64,000 nucleotides of DNA. Source: a virus. Positions 1 to 11,590 of the stretch are shown in pieces (positions within the stretch are counted from its first letter, which is position 1; every line of letters starts with the position of its first letter). The position numbers and the translations under genes are program-made. The notes under the pieces were generated by a model. It ran no database searches and had not been told where the DNA came from. It saw only the letters and a list, made by a program, of their open reading frames with translations. The DNA lies in the IMG/VR virus record IMGVR_UViG_3300044987_001050, positions 19,187-83,186 of that record; one strand, written 5' to 3'.

Positions 1-101
1 GTCAAGTCTACTAGCAAGCGGTATGCCTCTCCGGTCTTTAACACCTTCGAAGAAGCACTTAAGATGTTAGGCGAGTACATCGACTACAGAATCAGATTCC
101 A

Positions 102-596
102 ATGAGTCTATTCACGTCCAAATTTGAACGCGCCCGTCTTTGGGATTCGATCAGAGCTTACTTCAATCCCAGGCAGAAGTGGTTGACTGATCGAATTCCC
201 AACACGTGGTGTGACAAGACTGAGCTCATCCCGGATCTGTTATTCACGTGTCTCATCGACTTCGTTGAAAGCGAGAAGGGCACTGATCAGCTCAATGTGG
301 ATTGGAGTGATGACTTAGCGGCTGGTTACATCACGCAAGAGTATGTGGATTCTATCAACACGATTTATAGCGAGATCCAATCAGCTTATGAATATGCTAA
401 GAATGAACGGCCTCTGTTAATCAAAGCACATGAGGATTCTTATCCTGATGTTGTCATCGATGACAACGGTATCCGCACCTCACTTCCATACGAGGAAGCT
501 TATCGCGAGAATAACAGACTTGAAGCATTGCTCGAGAAGCGTGACTACGAAACAATGCACACAATCATCAAACACGTCGGAGTATTTTGGACATGA
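102..596 (+). CDS. hypothetical phage protein
   Basis: 164 aa ORF with ATG start, overlapping the next ORF. Confidence 0.6.
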   Translation: MSLFTSKFERARLWDSIRAYFNPRQKWLTDRIPNTWCDKTELIPDLLFTCLIDFVESEKGTDQLNVDWSDDLAAGYITQEYVDSINTIYSEIQSAYEYAKNERPLLIKAHEDSYPDVVIDDNGIRTSLPYEEAYRENNRLEALLEKRDYETMHTIIKHVGVFWT

Positions 597-1023
597 AACA
601 CACACTCGAACTACACTACTACATTCAGAACTGCGGAGACGGATCCGCGTCAGTAACATTTTGTGAATCGGAACAGCTAGCTGACTTCGATCAAGATGAA
701 GACAACGGATGGGGAGAACCTTGCACGGGTTCAATCACATTCGAATCGGACTCGCCCATCACTGTCAAAGAAGACATCATGACTCATGCGAAGTATCTGC
801 TTGAGCTGATTGATGCCGAGAACGATGATAAGATCGTTAAGTTCATCGAAGAGTTCTATCCTGACGGGGCGCCTGGTTGGACTGTCGAGATTGATGACAC
901 TTACAAAGACAAGACTTACTGCTGCAACAAGGTTTATGCTAACGGAGTTTTCGTTGATACGCTACTCCGCCGCAAGGAAGAATCTGGAGCAGTACTTCAC
1001 GAATTCCTGAACATTCCCGTACT

Positions 1024-1332
1024 ATGATCAAGCCAGGATATATCTTCGGTGAGTACCTGCCGATCATGGTTGGTAAGACTGATGTCGGTAAGAGCAAGAT
1101 CGGTGAGACTTACATTAAGCCATCGACTTGGCTACCAACACCTCCTCACCCACGCGAAGCCTATTACGATAAACGCAAGCGCTGCCCGTGCTGTTATGGA
1201 ACTTGGCTGAGCCAAACGCTCGTCGGCTATACATTTGATATGTCGAAGCCTGAAGAATTTGAAGACAGAAATGAAGCGAGATGCCAAGCATGCGGCTGGG
1301 TTGGTCTCGTTCACGACATGACACCACTATGA
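1024..1332 (+). CDS. small Zn-ribbon protein
   Basis: CPCC...CQAC cysteine pairs; ATGA overlaps at both ends. Confidence 0.55.
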   Translation: MIKPGYIFGEYLPIMVGKTDVGKSKIGETYIKPSTWLPTPPHPREAYYDKRKRCPCCYGTWLSQTLVGYTFDMSKPEEFEDRNEARCQACGWVGLVHDMTPL

Positions 1333-1643
1333 AAGATTCAGTTTTTGATAAGCTCGTCATCATGGACTGGTGCAAGCTCTGGTCTGAGATCAATACTATG
1401 GAAGCTTACTCAGCCGATTGTGATGACGCCCAAGGAATCATCACTGTTATATGCGCGCCCGACGGAGACGTTCATCTGATGATGGATGATCACGAGAGAA
1501 TGGACTTTAAAGGAGACCCAGGATTCCGAGCAAGAACATATTTTGGAGGCGGCAACCAATAACGTGTCCGCCGAGCGCTTCTGCTTCTCGCGCTTGCAAT
1601 GAAAGAAGACGCTGACCCTAACATAAATGACACACCACCATGA
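1329..1643 (+). pseudogene. hypothetical protein interrupted by an in-frame TAA at 1560-1562
   Basis: Frame continues after TAA (RVRRALLLLALAMKED...) to a TGA at 1641-1643 that overlaps the next ATG (ATGA coupling). Confidence 0.6.
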
Positions 1644-2329
1644 ACTTCACAGAAAAGAAAGAATCATTAGAATCATTTGAGGACAGGATGATGTCCTTGT
1701 ATCCATCGCTGTTTCCAAAGGATGAGAACGGAATCACGGTCCCACCCTCGTGTGGCATGTGGTGTCCTCCTGGTTGGCAACACCTCGTCGAACGGTTATG
1801 TTCTGCGCTTGATTACCAAGTAAAGACGCCTCGGCAACTTCAGAAGTGGGCGCTGTTATTTGAGGTGCATAACTTCATATTCAAGAAGATGTTTGCGCCT
1901 ATCAACAACTGGATCTACCGTCGTGTTGATCCGTTCGAGAGTATGCATTGGAGAGACGGCAAGCGTGAAAACTGGACAATGATTCATCCTGAAACACGGA
2001 CACGAATCGAAGCTGAACATCCTAAACGAGTCGCGATTTGTTCGCTCCTGCGAAAAGTTTCTCTCGCGCTCCGGCCGAAGATGCGGTGGAATTATGTCAA
2101 GGTTCCGCCTATTACGATTGACCAAGTCAAAGAAAAGTTCGGCACGCTCCGTTTCTATTATGAGGGCGGCGATGAACGTACCGCTGCCATGATCTCGATG
2201 GTCGAGCGTATCTCGGAAGTCACGTGCGAGGAATCCGGTGCGCCTGGAACATCATGTGTTCGTGGCGGATGGTGGAAGACTTTGAGCCCTGAGGTTGCCA
2301 AGAACCTCGGGTATACTCCTGCCAAGTAA
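1640..2329 (+). CDS. conserved phage hypothetical protein
   Basis: QVKEKFGTLRFY motif plus C-terminal TCEESG..G motif, common in large phages. Confidence 0.7.
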   Translation: MNFTEKKESLESFEDRMMSLYPSLFPKDENGITVPPSCGMWCPPGWQHLVERLCSALDYQVKTPRQLQKWALLFEVHNFIFKKMFAPINNWIYRRVDPFESMHWRDGKRENWTMIHPETRTRIEAEHPKRVAICSLLRKVSLALRPKMRWNYVKVPPITIDQVKEKFGTLRFYYEGGDERTAAMISMVERISEVTCEESGAPGTSCVRGGWWKTLSPEVAKNLGYTPAK

Positions 2330-2345
2330 CATCATCTCTGCTAGG

Positions 2346-2376
2346 AAGAGCGGCCGTCATTGGCCGCTCTTTTTTT
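2346..2376 (+). terminator. rho-independent terminator
   Basis: AGAGCGGCC-gtcatt-GGCCGCTCT hairpin followed by a T run. Confidence 0.85.
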
Positions 2377-2440
2377 CACTTTAGAATTGACACTCGTTTT
2401 CATCTATGTTAAAATACATACCAATCCAATCCTCAATTGT

Positions 2441-2468
2441 TGCTCAATCTGCTCAATCTGCTCAATCT
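2441..2468. repeat. 9-bp tandem repeat (TGCTCAATC x3)
   Basis: Seen directly in the intergenic region. Confidence 0.8.
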
Positions 2469-2608
2469 CGACAATGTTGCATATATGATTCAATAACATC
2501 CTTTATGTACAATCTATCGAACATTATGAAGGCAATGAAATCATCCGAAGGATGGCACAAAGGTACTCCGAAGAGAGGTTAGAGTCTAAAATCCGGGTCA
2601 CAATTTGA

Positions 2609-2637
2609 TTTACAAACCAAGAATAGTTTGTTAGAAT
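2609..2637 (+). promoter_or_regulatory. sigma70-like early/middle promoter
   Basis: TTTACA-17 nt-TAGAAT. Confidence 0.75.
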
Positions 2638-3035
2638 TTGTCATACCGATGGAACTGCCACCACTGCTTGAAACCAATGAATTCGGCGAAGTCCAATATA
2701 TGTTTGCTATGAAACCACAAAAGACCTCGCAAGAGCTTGAGATCGAAAGAGTCGAGCGGAACGCGGCAAAGTGGGCTAAACGTAAACAACGTGCTGCTGA
2801 ATACAAAAAGAAGAAAATCTGATGTCTGAAAAAGTGCTCAACAACGGTCTATACTTCCTTTGTGGAATCATGTGTATGACCATGATCTCTCGAATCTTTG
2901 AGACGCATACTAAAGCGTATGCTCGTGGTGTTGATGACACAATGCAAGAAGCTTTGGAGAATGGTGTTGCTCAAAAAGAACTCACCGCTGAAAATCAAAT
3001 CGTGATCCGCTGGATCGAAACTCACAAACTCGGAT

Positions 3036-3374
3036 ATGAAAACTAAATTGCTACTGCTCGCATCAACTTTGATCTCATTAACACTCACCTCTTGTGAGTC
3101 TCCAAATGATCCCGGCCCGATTTCTCGCACTAAGGATAACATCGAGTCTCCTCAGACAATTGGAACACTTCCTGATGGTCGTGTTATTAAGATGTTTGAG
3201 CGTGATCGCGGCGGTATGCATAATCACTTCATCTATTTCGTTGAGAATGGTGATGGCAAGTCCCTAACAATTTCGACCAACACAGAAGTATCTGCTGGTA
3301 AATCCACTCGCAATGAAACAACCGTTCTTATCGACGGAGTGAAATATGCCCCACTTGAAAAGAATGAAAACTAA
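3036..3374 (+). CDS. putative lipoprotein
   Basis: Signal peptide with LTSC lipobox. Confidence 0.65.
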   Translation: MKTKLLLLASTLISLTLTSCESPNDPGPISRTKDNIESPQTIGTLPDGRVIKMFERDRGGMHNHFIYFVENGDGKSLTISTNTEVSAGKSTRNETTVLIDGVKYAPLEKNEN

Positions 3375-3739
3375 AGTCAACATCAATATCGGCATACTTG
3401 GTTTCATATTCATTGCACTCAAGCTATTTGGAATTGTTTCCTGGCCGTGGATTTGGGTACTCGCCCCTTTCTGGATTGGAATAGTTCTGCTGCTCGCAAT
3501 CTGGGGCTTTGTTGCAATCGTTGCATTTCTCGCTCTCATTGCATTCAACACAGGTAACGTCACAATCACCAAACGCACAAAACCATGAAAGCACACAATA
3601 TACTATTCTTCATAGGGCTACCATTCTTCATAGCATCAGGATTCGCAGGAGACCTCTTGATGGTCGGAGTTGCTTGGGGTCTTGCTATCTCCGGCGTCTG
3701 CATTGAGATTGCGGCAATTGTGAAGTACAACGAATAATT

Positions 3740-4264
3740 ATGAAACTGTCAAAACTTGTCAACGAAACGATTGAAGCGAACTGGGAAACCATGATGATTC
3801 GCGCATGCAAGAAGAACAAGTACTCACCGTATGCGCTTCGCCGCATCTACGCCGTGTCTCGTGCTCTTCCTCTTTCATACACTCCAGTTGAGTATGCGAC
3901 CTATGGTCTGATGGAAATCATCACGAAGCACAATTTGGTCCGTGATTGGCATGAGTTCATCATCGAGATCGACCAGAAGCGGACTGCTTATTGGTATCGG
4001 TTCTGGTCGAATCACGAAAGCCGCGAAATGCCTTTTCCTGAAGCATTTCTCATGCAGTGCACCAACTTGATTGCCCGCACCGAGGTTTCAAAACTTCCTG
4101 CTTACCGCTCACCCGCTTGGTTTCGGAATCGGTATCCGCACGATGAAGAAAATGATTCTCTGCCGATGTCGAACTGTTGCGGTGCTTATGCTGAAGGTGC
4201 TGAGGATATCGGCATGTGTCCTGATTGTCACGAGCACTGTGAGTTTGAACAAGCCGAGGCGTGA
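3740..4264 (+). CDS. hypothetical protein with C-terminal Zn-binding motif
   Basis: SNCCGA...CPDCHEHC. Confidence 0.6.
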   Translation: MKLSKLVNETIEANWETMMIRACKKNKYSPYALRRIYAVSRALPLSYTPVEYATYGLMEIITKHNLVRDWHEFIIEIDQKRTAYWYRFWSNHESREMPFPEAFLMQCTNLIARTEVSKLPAYRSPAWFRNRYPHDEENDSLPMSNCCGAYAEGAEDIGMCPDCHEHCEFEQAEA

Positions 4265-4312
4265 TTATTTGATTTACTTCTTCCTCATTACTTGATAGAA
4301 TATCGTATACCG

Positions 4313-4819
4313 ATGAAAGATATCCTTGATGATTTCCAAACGCAGACGAAGCTTGTCAAGCTCGCGCATGACATTGCATCAAAAGCGCACGCTGGGCAAA
4401 AGCGCAAAGAGGGCGTTCCTTACATCACGCATCCCGAAGCAGTTGCACAGATTGTTGACACGGAGTTCTACACCCTGATGCCTACCTCCGAGGCAGCCCG
4501 CAACATTTGGGCGCCGATGAAAAATTACATCATCATGGCAGCTCTCCTGCACGACACCATCGAGGATACATACGTCACGTCTGAACTTCTTCGTCAGGCG
4601 GGTTTCCCTATCATGGTCATCGAGATGGTTCAGATCGTCACGAAACGGCCGAACGAGAACTACTTCGACTTCGTCATGCGCATTCAAGAGTCCGGCCATG
4701 TCGGAGCGAAGATGGTAAAGCTTGCTGACCTTCGCCATAACATGTCTGATTTAGGAGAAGGTTCAATGAAGGATAAATATCGTCTTGCTGAACATATCCT
4801 CGCATTCTTCAACAAATGA
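4313..4819 (+). CDS. HD-domain (p)ppGpp hydrolase-like protein (Mesh1/SpoT-HD family)
   Basis: AHAGQKRK..PYITHP, AALLHDTIEDT, VKLADLRHN motifs. Confidence 0.85.
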   Translation: MKDILDDFQTQTKLVKLAHDIASKAHAGQKRKEGVPYITHPEAVAQIVDTEFYTLMPTSEAARNIWAPMKNYIIMAALLHDTIEDTYVTSELLRQAGFPIMVIEMVQIVTKRPNENYFDFVMRIQESGHVGAKMVKLADLRHNMSDLGEGSMKDKYRLAEHILAFFNK

Positions 4820-5014
4820 AAACACCTACAAAGAAAGTTGTGAACAAAGCCAAGAAGGACATCGTTGAGATCGACGGCACGCTGGGTCTCCTCCGCGAGA
4901 ACTGGATGGTGTGTTCCGAAAAGAATAAATCGAAGTACATGGGCTTGATTGATCGCATGCTTGACGAGCGTTTGCTTTGCATGGCGACTCGTGATGGGAA
5001 AGAAATTACAACGG

Positions 5015-5734
5015 ATGTCTGATTCAATTCCAGTCTATATCGTCGGCGATGTGCACGGCAGGTTTGATCTTTTGCAACAAGAGATCAAGCGGTTCGACAT
5101 TCGCAACTGCATAATCATTTGTGTAGGCGATCTTGGTTTGGGTTTTCATTGGAAGACTGATCCTAAGAAGGAACAGCGCATTCATGCTCAGCAAAATCAG
5201 TGGTTCGGCCGTCGTAACATTAAGTTCTATTCGATTCGCGGCAATCACGATGATCCTCAATTCTTTACGGGCAAGACACGTATTGCCTACAAGAACTTCG
5301 AGATGATCGAGGATTACACGACATTCAATATCAACGGCGAACGATTCTTATTCATCGGCGGAGCAATCTCTGTCGACCGCTCGGGCAATCACCGCAAGGA
5401 GGGATTCAGTTACTGGAAAGATGAACCGCTCGTATTCAAGCCTTGGCTCATCAAGGAATGCGATGTGTTGATCACGCACTCCGCCCCGACTTGGAATGGT
5501 CCGCTTTCCAAAGATGGGTTACGCGAATTCGCGGATTGGGAAAATTGTGACAAGAGTCTTTGGGATGAGTGCTTACAAGAACGCAAGGATATAAGTCACA
5601 TCGTTCGTGAATCGAAAGCAAAGATGCATTACTGCGGTCACTTCCATTCATATCATTGGGTTGAACAATGCAACTGCTATTCAACGATCCTCGCCATTCT
5701 CCAATTCAAAGAACATAGAATGCTTATATCATGA
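5015..5734 (+). CDS. calcineurin-like metallophosphoesterase
   Basis: GDVHG, GDLG, RGNHD, ITH, GHFH motifs. Confidence 0.9.
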   Translation: MSDSIPVYIVGDVHGRFDLLQQEIKRFDIRNCIIICVGDLGLGFHWKTDPKKEQRIHAQQNQWFGRRNIKFYSIRGNHDDPQFFTGKTRIAYKNFEMIEDYTTFNINGERFLFIGGAISVDRSGNHRKEGFSYWKDEPLVFKPWLIKECDVLITHSAPTWNGPLSKDGLREFADWENCDKSLWDECLQERKDISHIVRESKAKMHYCGHFHSYHWVEQCNCYSTILAILQFKEHRMLIS

Positions 5735-5983
5735 AACTGTTTACATTCCTAACACTCGCGGTTTGCGTCGCGACTAATCAATCGTGCATGACCACTTATT
5801 CTGCAAAGGGATATCCTGTGCAATCAGTCGATCCTGGCGTGGCGACGGCCGCAATCATCGGCGCAGGTGCTGTCGGGTTCGTACTCGGTTCTGCTAATTA
5901 CGGATGTGAACCTTATTACGGTGCTTATGGACAAGTCGGCTACTTTCGCCCATACTCTCACGGACACTACTCTTGCTACTAAC

Positions 5984-6361
5984 ATGATTACATTTACCAC
6001 TATCGCCATTTTCGGATTCGTTCACTGGCTCTTCGACTTCTTTCTTCAGACCGACGAGCAGTCAAAAGGAAAGTCTCACAGTTACAAGATGTTGTCACAA
6101 CACGTCGGTGTTTATACACTCGGCTTGCTCGTGATGGCTATATTCACTCCGGCGCTGAATGTAGCGCCGCATATCTTCTTTGGCTGGGTTGCATTCAACG
6201 GTCTCGCTCACTTCTTTACTGACTACATCACGTCACGCGCGACGTCTCTGTTATGGAAAGATGGCGCAGTTCATGACTTCTTCGTAACCGTCGGCATTGA
6301 CCAATACATTCACAGCTTCACGCTGTTTGGTTCACTCACATACGTACTGAAATATCTATGA
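5984..6361 (+). CDS. DUF3307-like membrane protein
   Basis: HWLFDFFLQ, HFFTD, GIDQYIH motifs. Confidence 0.75.
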   Translation: MITFTTIAIFGFVHWLFDFFLQTDEQSKGKSHSYKMLSQHVGVYTLGLLVMAIFTPALNVAPHIFFGWVAFNGLAHFFTDYITSRATSLLWKDGAVHDFFVTVGIDQYIHSFTLFGSLTYVLKYL

Positions 6362-7626
6362 AAACTGCAATAGGCGAAGAGCCGCAAACACCGATGGATG
6401 TCGTGAACATCCTTAACTCAAACTACTTCGACATCAATGAAGATTGTATGCTCGTTCCGTTCTCGTTCTCATCGAACGGATTCTGCGACCTCATTCTTTT
6501 CATGGAGTATCCTCTTTGGTCATCCGAGGCTGACGGCTGGGATTACGATGATGAGGACGAAGGCATGGGCGATCCGCTGCCGTTGATCGACACTGTTAAG
6601 AAGCTCTACGTCGAGCTTCATAGCCGCATCGCTGGAGCGACTCCAGACAAACTTTTCATTACTGAGGACTAATCAGATGGGACTAGGACTTGGATTTAGT
6701 TGCAGCCGCAGTAATGAATCACGTGTTGAGTATGTCTCAACTGAGCGTGAAATCGCTCCGAAAGATGTTGACACAGGCGTGAACCCGAATCCCTACAACT
6801 TCAAGGTTAGGTGGGCGTCGGCCGTGAATGGAAACACTATCATGAAGGTGAACTATCCGAACTGCACGACGTTCGGTGGTGATAAGCTTCTGCTGCTTCG
6901 TGGTATTTGGCCTATGACTATGCACAAACTTGACCCACACTTCTTTGAAGGAGATCATCCTGTCATCGCTAGATTCAAACCTGATGCTGCTGGCGAAAAG
7001 CTTGCGGATATCTGCGCACGATCATTATGAAAAGAGTAACACGAAACGAAGCAGACTTCTCGGACGTATTTGAGTTCGCGAAAGAAACGCTAGGTCATGA
7101 ATGGAATCGGTGCTGTGATCTATTTCACGGGTCGGAATTCTTCAGTTATCAAAGGTACGATGACTTCGAACTTGAGGAACTTGAGGCAGAGGAAAAGGAA
7201 ATGACCGCGGATCCCGATGACTTCGACTTCCTCTGTGATTTGGGCTTGGCTCGCCGCATCATGATTGCTTATATGAAAGCGAAGAAAGTAAAAACCTGCC
7301 GCATCTACTCATGAACGCACACAAAGAAGAAGTAAAGGTCGCGGATTTGATTCTCGAGAGCGTGGTCAAGACATTGTCCGAAGCGTTAGCCGCTGATGGA
7401 TATGCGCTTGAGCGATTGTTCCGAAATCGAGTTGAGTGCAATGATGCAATGGGAGACCATCCGCATATCGTCACCGGGAAGATCGGACAAACCACAACAC
7501 TTAGCACGCTAGGTCTTATCAACGGGATCGTCGGCGCTCTCACAGGTCATCGTGTTGCTATGATGGTGCCCGACGATTCGGACTCTCCTATCGGCTTTAC
7601 GAGATATATGCCCCCTAAAAATTGAA

Positions 7627-7655
7627 TTTACATTCCCAAGAATCTGATATAGAAT
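7627..7655 (+). promoter_or_regulatory. early/middle promoter
   Basis: TTTACA-17-TAGAAT. Confidence 0.75.
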
Positions 7656-7674
7656 CATACATCGCAATAACACA

Positions 7675-8628
7675 ATGAACACAACTGAAATTGAAAGAAA
7701 GAAGGAGAAGAAACTTGATCGGTCGCACTGGATGTGTCGCATTCAAAAGTTTGCTTTTAACATCGACGCGCCAACATACTACATGGGCTACTGCCCGTTC
7801 TTCTGGATGACGTGGCTAGCTCTGCTTGTCTCGCCGTTCGTCGCGCTTTTCAATCTAGTGACTATCCCGGCAACATGGGCATGGGTTAACACTGCCGAGC
7901 CTGTGAAGGAGTATCGGCGAACTACCCGTGAAGCGCTTGAATCGACTCCGCTTCAGCCGTCATTCGCACAAATGCTACAGATGCAATATATGCGTGACGA
8001 CGAACTCACTGGCTGGGATTTGTGGTCGCCTCGGGCTGAACTATTCTCGAACCTTACAGAATGTAAGCGCATCGAAGTTTGGCTGAAGCAGAATCCTAAC
8101 TGGAAAAAGGAATGGCTTGCGAAGGCTAAGGCATGGGATGTTGCACACATCGAAGCAGTTCATGCTTACAACAAACTCAAGAAGGTCCGTGCCGCTCGCC
8201 TATCAAAGGTTAACCGACTCGCCTCAACATGCGGATCAGCTATCTTCAAGGTTCTCATCCCGCTCTCTATCTTTCTTGCGGTATCAGGCGGTGGCTATGG
8301 CGTATACACAATTGCTATCGAGATTAGTCTCGCGAGTTACGTCTTGGCTCTCTGCATACTTACATTAGCAGCTGCTGCGGCCGTCTTAGCCAACATCCTT
8401 TGGGACGCGCTCAAAACCATTCTTGACATTCGAGCGAAGAACAAGATGGCTGTTGAGGACGACAAGATCCCGACCCTAACATGGTGGGACAAGTTCTGCT
8501 CCAAGTTCTCGGCGGTCACTGAATTCATTCACGACACAGTCGCGATTACTTACAAGCAGGAATGTCCGCTCATCATCTGGGGCGACGAAACCGGTCCTAT
8601 CCAAAAACGAAACAAGAATACACAATGA
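7675..8628 (+). CDS. membrane protein, hypothetical
   Basis: 317 aa with about 3 hydrophobic segments; CPFFW and CPLI motifs. Confidence 0.65.
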   Translation: MNTTEIERKKEKKLDRSHWMCRIQKFAFNIDAPTYYMGYCPFFWMTWLALLVSPFVALFNLVTIPATWAWVNTAEPVKEYRRTTREALESTPLQPSFAQMLQMQYMRDDELTGWDLWSPRAELFSNLTECKRIEVWLKQNPNWKKEWLAKAKAWDVAHIEAVHAYNKLKKVRAARLSKVNRLASTCGSAIFKVLIPLSIFLAVSGGGYGVYTIAIEISLASYVLALCILTLAAAAAVLANILWDALKTILDIRAKNKMAVEDDKIPTLTWWDKFCSKFSAVTEFIHDTVAITYKQECPLIIWGDETGPIQKRNKNTQ

Positions 8629-8827
8629 TCATCAAGTTCAAAAGCAAGAAAGATTTCAACACCGCGGTAACATATCTAATCAATCAGACGTTCTGCTTCG
8701 ATCAACACGACACCTCGAACTCGCTGCGGTTCTTCATCGAATCATCGGCGGAACGAGCAATGTCGGAACTGAGCACCGTTCATAACATCACGTCTGTATT
8801 CGAAGAAGATCTGCTTCCAGCTATTGC

Positions 8828-9241
8828 ATGAATACCAAGCAGGTCATCGTGGTCCGCAAGGACCTCAATATGAGGAAGGGCAAGATGTGTGCGCAGGCAT
8901 CGCATGCCTCTATGTCCTTCCTCACTAAGGCTGGCGGAGTAGTTGACGTGCCGCACTCGATGTACGGAATGAAGTTCCAAACCGGAGACCTGTTAGGCCA
9001 TGCCGATGAAATGGATCACTGGCTCAACAACTCCTTCAAGAAGATTGTCTGTTCCGTGAACTCTGAAGCTGAACTCATTGATCTGCACGTGAAGGCGATA
9101 AGCTTAGGCTTGGTATCACATCTTATCACGGACAACGGCGCAACCGAGTTCAATGGAATTCCAACAAAGACTTGCTTGGCAATCGGCCCACACTGGGATG
9201 AAAAGTTCGAGAACCTAACATCTCATCTTCCGCTGCTATGA
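8828..9241 (+). CDS. pth2: peptidyl-tRNA hydrolase type 2
   Basis: KQVIVVRKDLNMRKGKMCAQASHAS, KKIV, DNGATEF, TCLAIGP, L.LL end. Confidence 0.92.
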   Translation: MNTKQVIVVRKDLNMRKGKMCAQASHASMSFLTKAGGVVDVPHSMYGMKFQTGDLLGHADEMDHWLNNSFKKIVCSVNSEAELIDLHVKAISLGLVSHLITDNGATEFNGIPTKTCLAIGPHWDEKFENLTSHLPLL

Positions 9242-9630
9242 ACGCTGCTCAATGGACATTTCTAATCATTATCGTCGCACTCATTGTGATCGAGCTCGGT
9301 CTATCCTTTTACTTTGACAAGAAAGACAACCAATAACATGGTCATTCCTGAAGATCCTCCTGAAGCATACGAAGACTACTTCGTCACTGATCTTGACGTG
9401 TGTGCAAACAAAGCAGACTTTTTGGCAAATGCTCTTGACTCGCTTCGTCATACTCATCCTAACTTATCGGATTCAGACAAAGAAGAAATTTGGCAAATGG
9501 TTCTTACTCTCACGGGTTTCTCTGCTGCACTCTGGCGTATCCGCGTTTTAACCGAACCTGAAGATTGATATTTACAAGTGCCTCTAAATTTGTTACTATT
9601 TGTTCCTACCACAACCACATAAACCAAAAT

Positions 9631-10218
9631 ATGAAATTGACAACACTATTCGCTATGGCTTGCTTACTCGTGACTCCGCTTACGGGTGCAACGATTACTG
9701 CCACGCTTGACAGCATCAACCCAACCACAACCACTCAGGGCACCTACACTGGCAAGCCCTTCACTGATATCTACTCAGGCGCGTTGACATTCACGGTCGG
9801 CTCCGGCGACTCGTTTCTTGCCTTTTGTGCTGAGCCTGCGTCCACAATCTCACTTGGCGAAACCGTAACATACACGCTCACGCCGCTAACACGGACTGAC
9901 CTCGCACAGATCATGTCGGTGTACTATGCTTCTCCGCGGGATACACTGAATGCTCAAGGAGCGCAATGGGCAATCTGGGAACTGTTGACGGACAACAAAC
10001 CCGACCTCGAGAAAGGCAAGGTGATGCTGCCCGAGGGTGCAGTTCGAGACAAGGCTGATGAATATCTTGATGCTTATGAGGACGCAGTCCCGGCATCAAA
10101 CATCGTGTGGTTGTCATCGTCGGATCGGCAGGATATGATTGCCTGCATTCCTGAGCCGCAACCTGCTCTGCTCGTCGGCACATTTGGTATCATTGCACTT
10201 CTTCGCCGCCGCAAATGA
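9631..10218 (+). CDS. PEP-CTERM exosortase-target surface protein with thioester-domain-like (Cys-Gln) core
   Basis: Signal peptide; AFCAEP and AQWAIWEL motifs; C-terminal IPEP-hydrophobic-RRRK. Confidence 0.85.
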   Translation: MKLTTLFAMACLLVTPLTGATITATLDSINPTTTTQGTYTGKPFTDIYSGALTFTVGSGDSFLAFCAEPASTISLGETVTYTLTPLTRTDLAQIMSVYYASPRDTLNAQGAQWAIWELLTDNKPDLEKGKVMLPEGAVRDKADEYLDAYEDAVPASNIVWLSSSDRQDMIACIPEPQPALLVGTFGIIALLRRRK

Positions 10219-11590
10219 AACTCCTTCTGCTCAATCTTCTGTTATGGTTCAGCGGCAATCAAGATAAGCCTGACTGCGTTGCTGACATCTCGGACTCTGC
10301 TAAGGCGGTGATCGAGTCATATTCAGCGAAGGACTCGAAAGGCGAGGAGATCATTGCCCCGCCTCTGAATCTGCCTGACCTTTTGATGGAGCCGCTGCGC
10401 ATGCCAGTTCTTCCTCCTCTCCCAATCATTCCAATCAACCCCAAGCCAGTAACAGACGTTAATCCATGAACCGTGTTAAGTTAACAGTATCCGACGAATC
10501 AGGAAAAACATTATGTAAGATCGGCACGTCAATCGACGATCCAGCCGGTCTCGAATATACTGATGCGGAACTAGCAGACGCACTCACTGGGATGGCTTAC
10601 ACTTTGAATGAAGCGCACAAGCATCGGTCTGATGCGCTTACCGCTAAATGGGCAGCGGTGTTAGGAGCTGAATCGAGTACCAACAAAACTGCTATGCTTC
10701 TCGAAGCTCAGGAAACTCCGTTCTTCCCACCTGGCAACTGCTAATACATTATGATCACCATCTTTGCATCTGTGGCCGAAGGGCCTGAACGCAACTACTC
10801 GCGCATCGGTAACATCTATCAGATGATACTCAATCCTGCTAATATCTCTTACATCATTGTGACTGAACATATCATCGCAATGAACAATGGAACATTCTTG
10901 AGTGTTGCTGCTGCTGAGCTTAAGAGGATCACTCTACGAATCGCACCTGAACTAGCATAAACATGAACGACCTATCACGAGCCTGGAAAGGCGAGATCGA
11001 AGAAATCGAGCGCCGCAAGGCAGCAATCGTTGCAAAGGCTAAAGAGGTTGAACGTGTTCAAGCATTCACGAAATGCGTTGTTGAACTGGCCTCTCAAGGT
11101 TGGATATTTAGGAAGGTTGATCAGTGGCACCCGCATAACAACGACACTTGGATTGAGCATGTCTTCAAGTCGCCTCGTATGAAGTCGTTTGCGCCTTACT
11201 CAACAAAGGATGACCTGATAACTCTCGAGGCAAGGATCATGGGAGCCTATGTTATGTCTGATGTAGGTAACGCTCGCTATCCACTGATTGATGATGCCCG
11301 CCGAGTTCTCGCGGAGTTCTTCCTAACAAACCCAAGCGCATCTATCGAAGATGCACCAAAACTCACTGTCTCATGCAGTATCTCGTAATCAACAACAGCA
11401 AGAACGGGCTTTATTCAATTGTCGAGCAGTACCAACTGTTCGATGATCGAGAGGAAGCATCACGGCATTACTTCGAAATCGGCGGAGATTCTGGATGGAT
11501 TTCATTGTCTGATAAACCTGGCATGGCTTCAATGACTCGGTCTGGCTTGATCGATGTTCTATTCATTCCAATCGTTTCTGAAACTAACTA

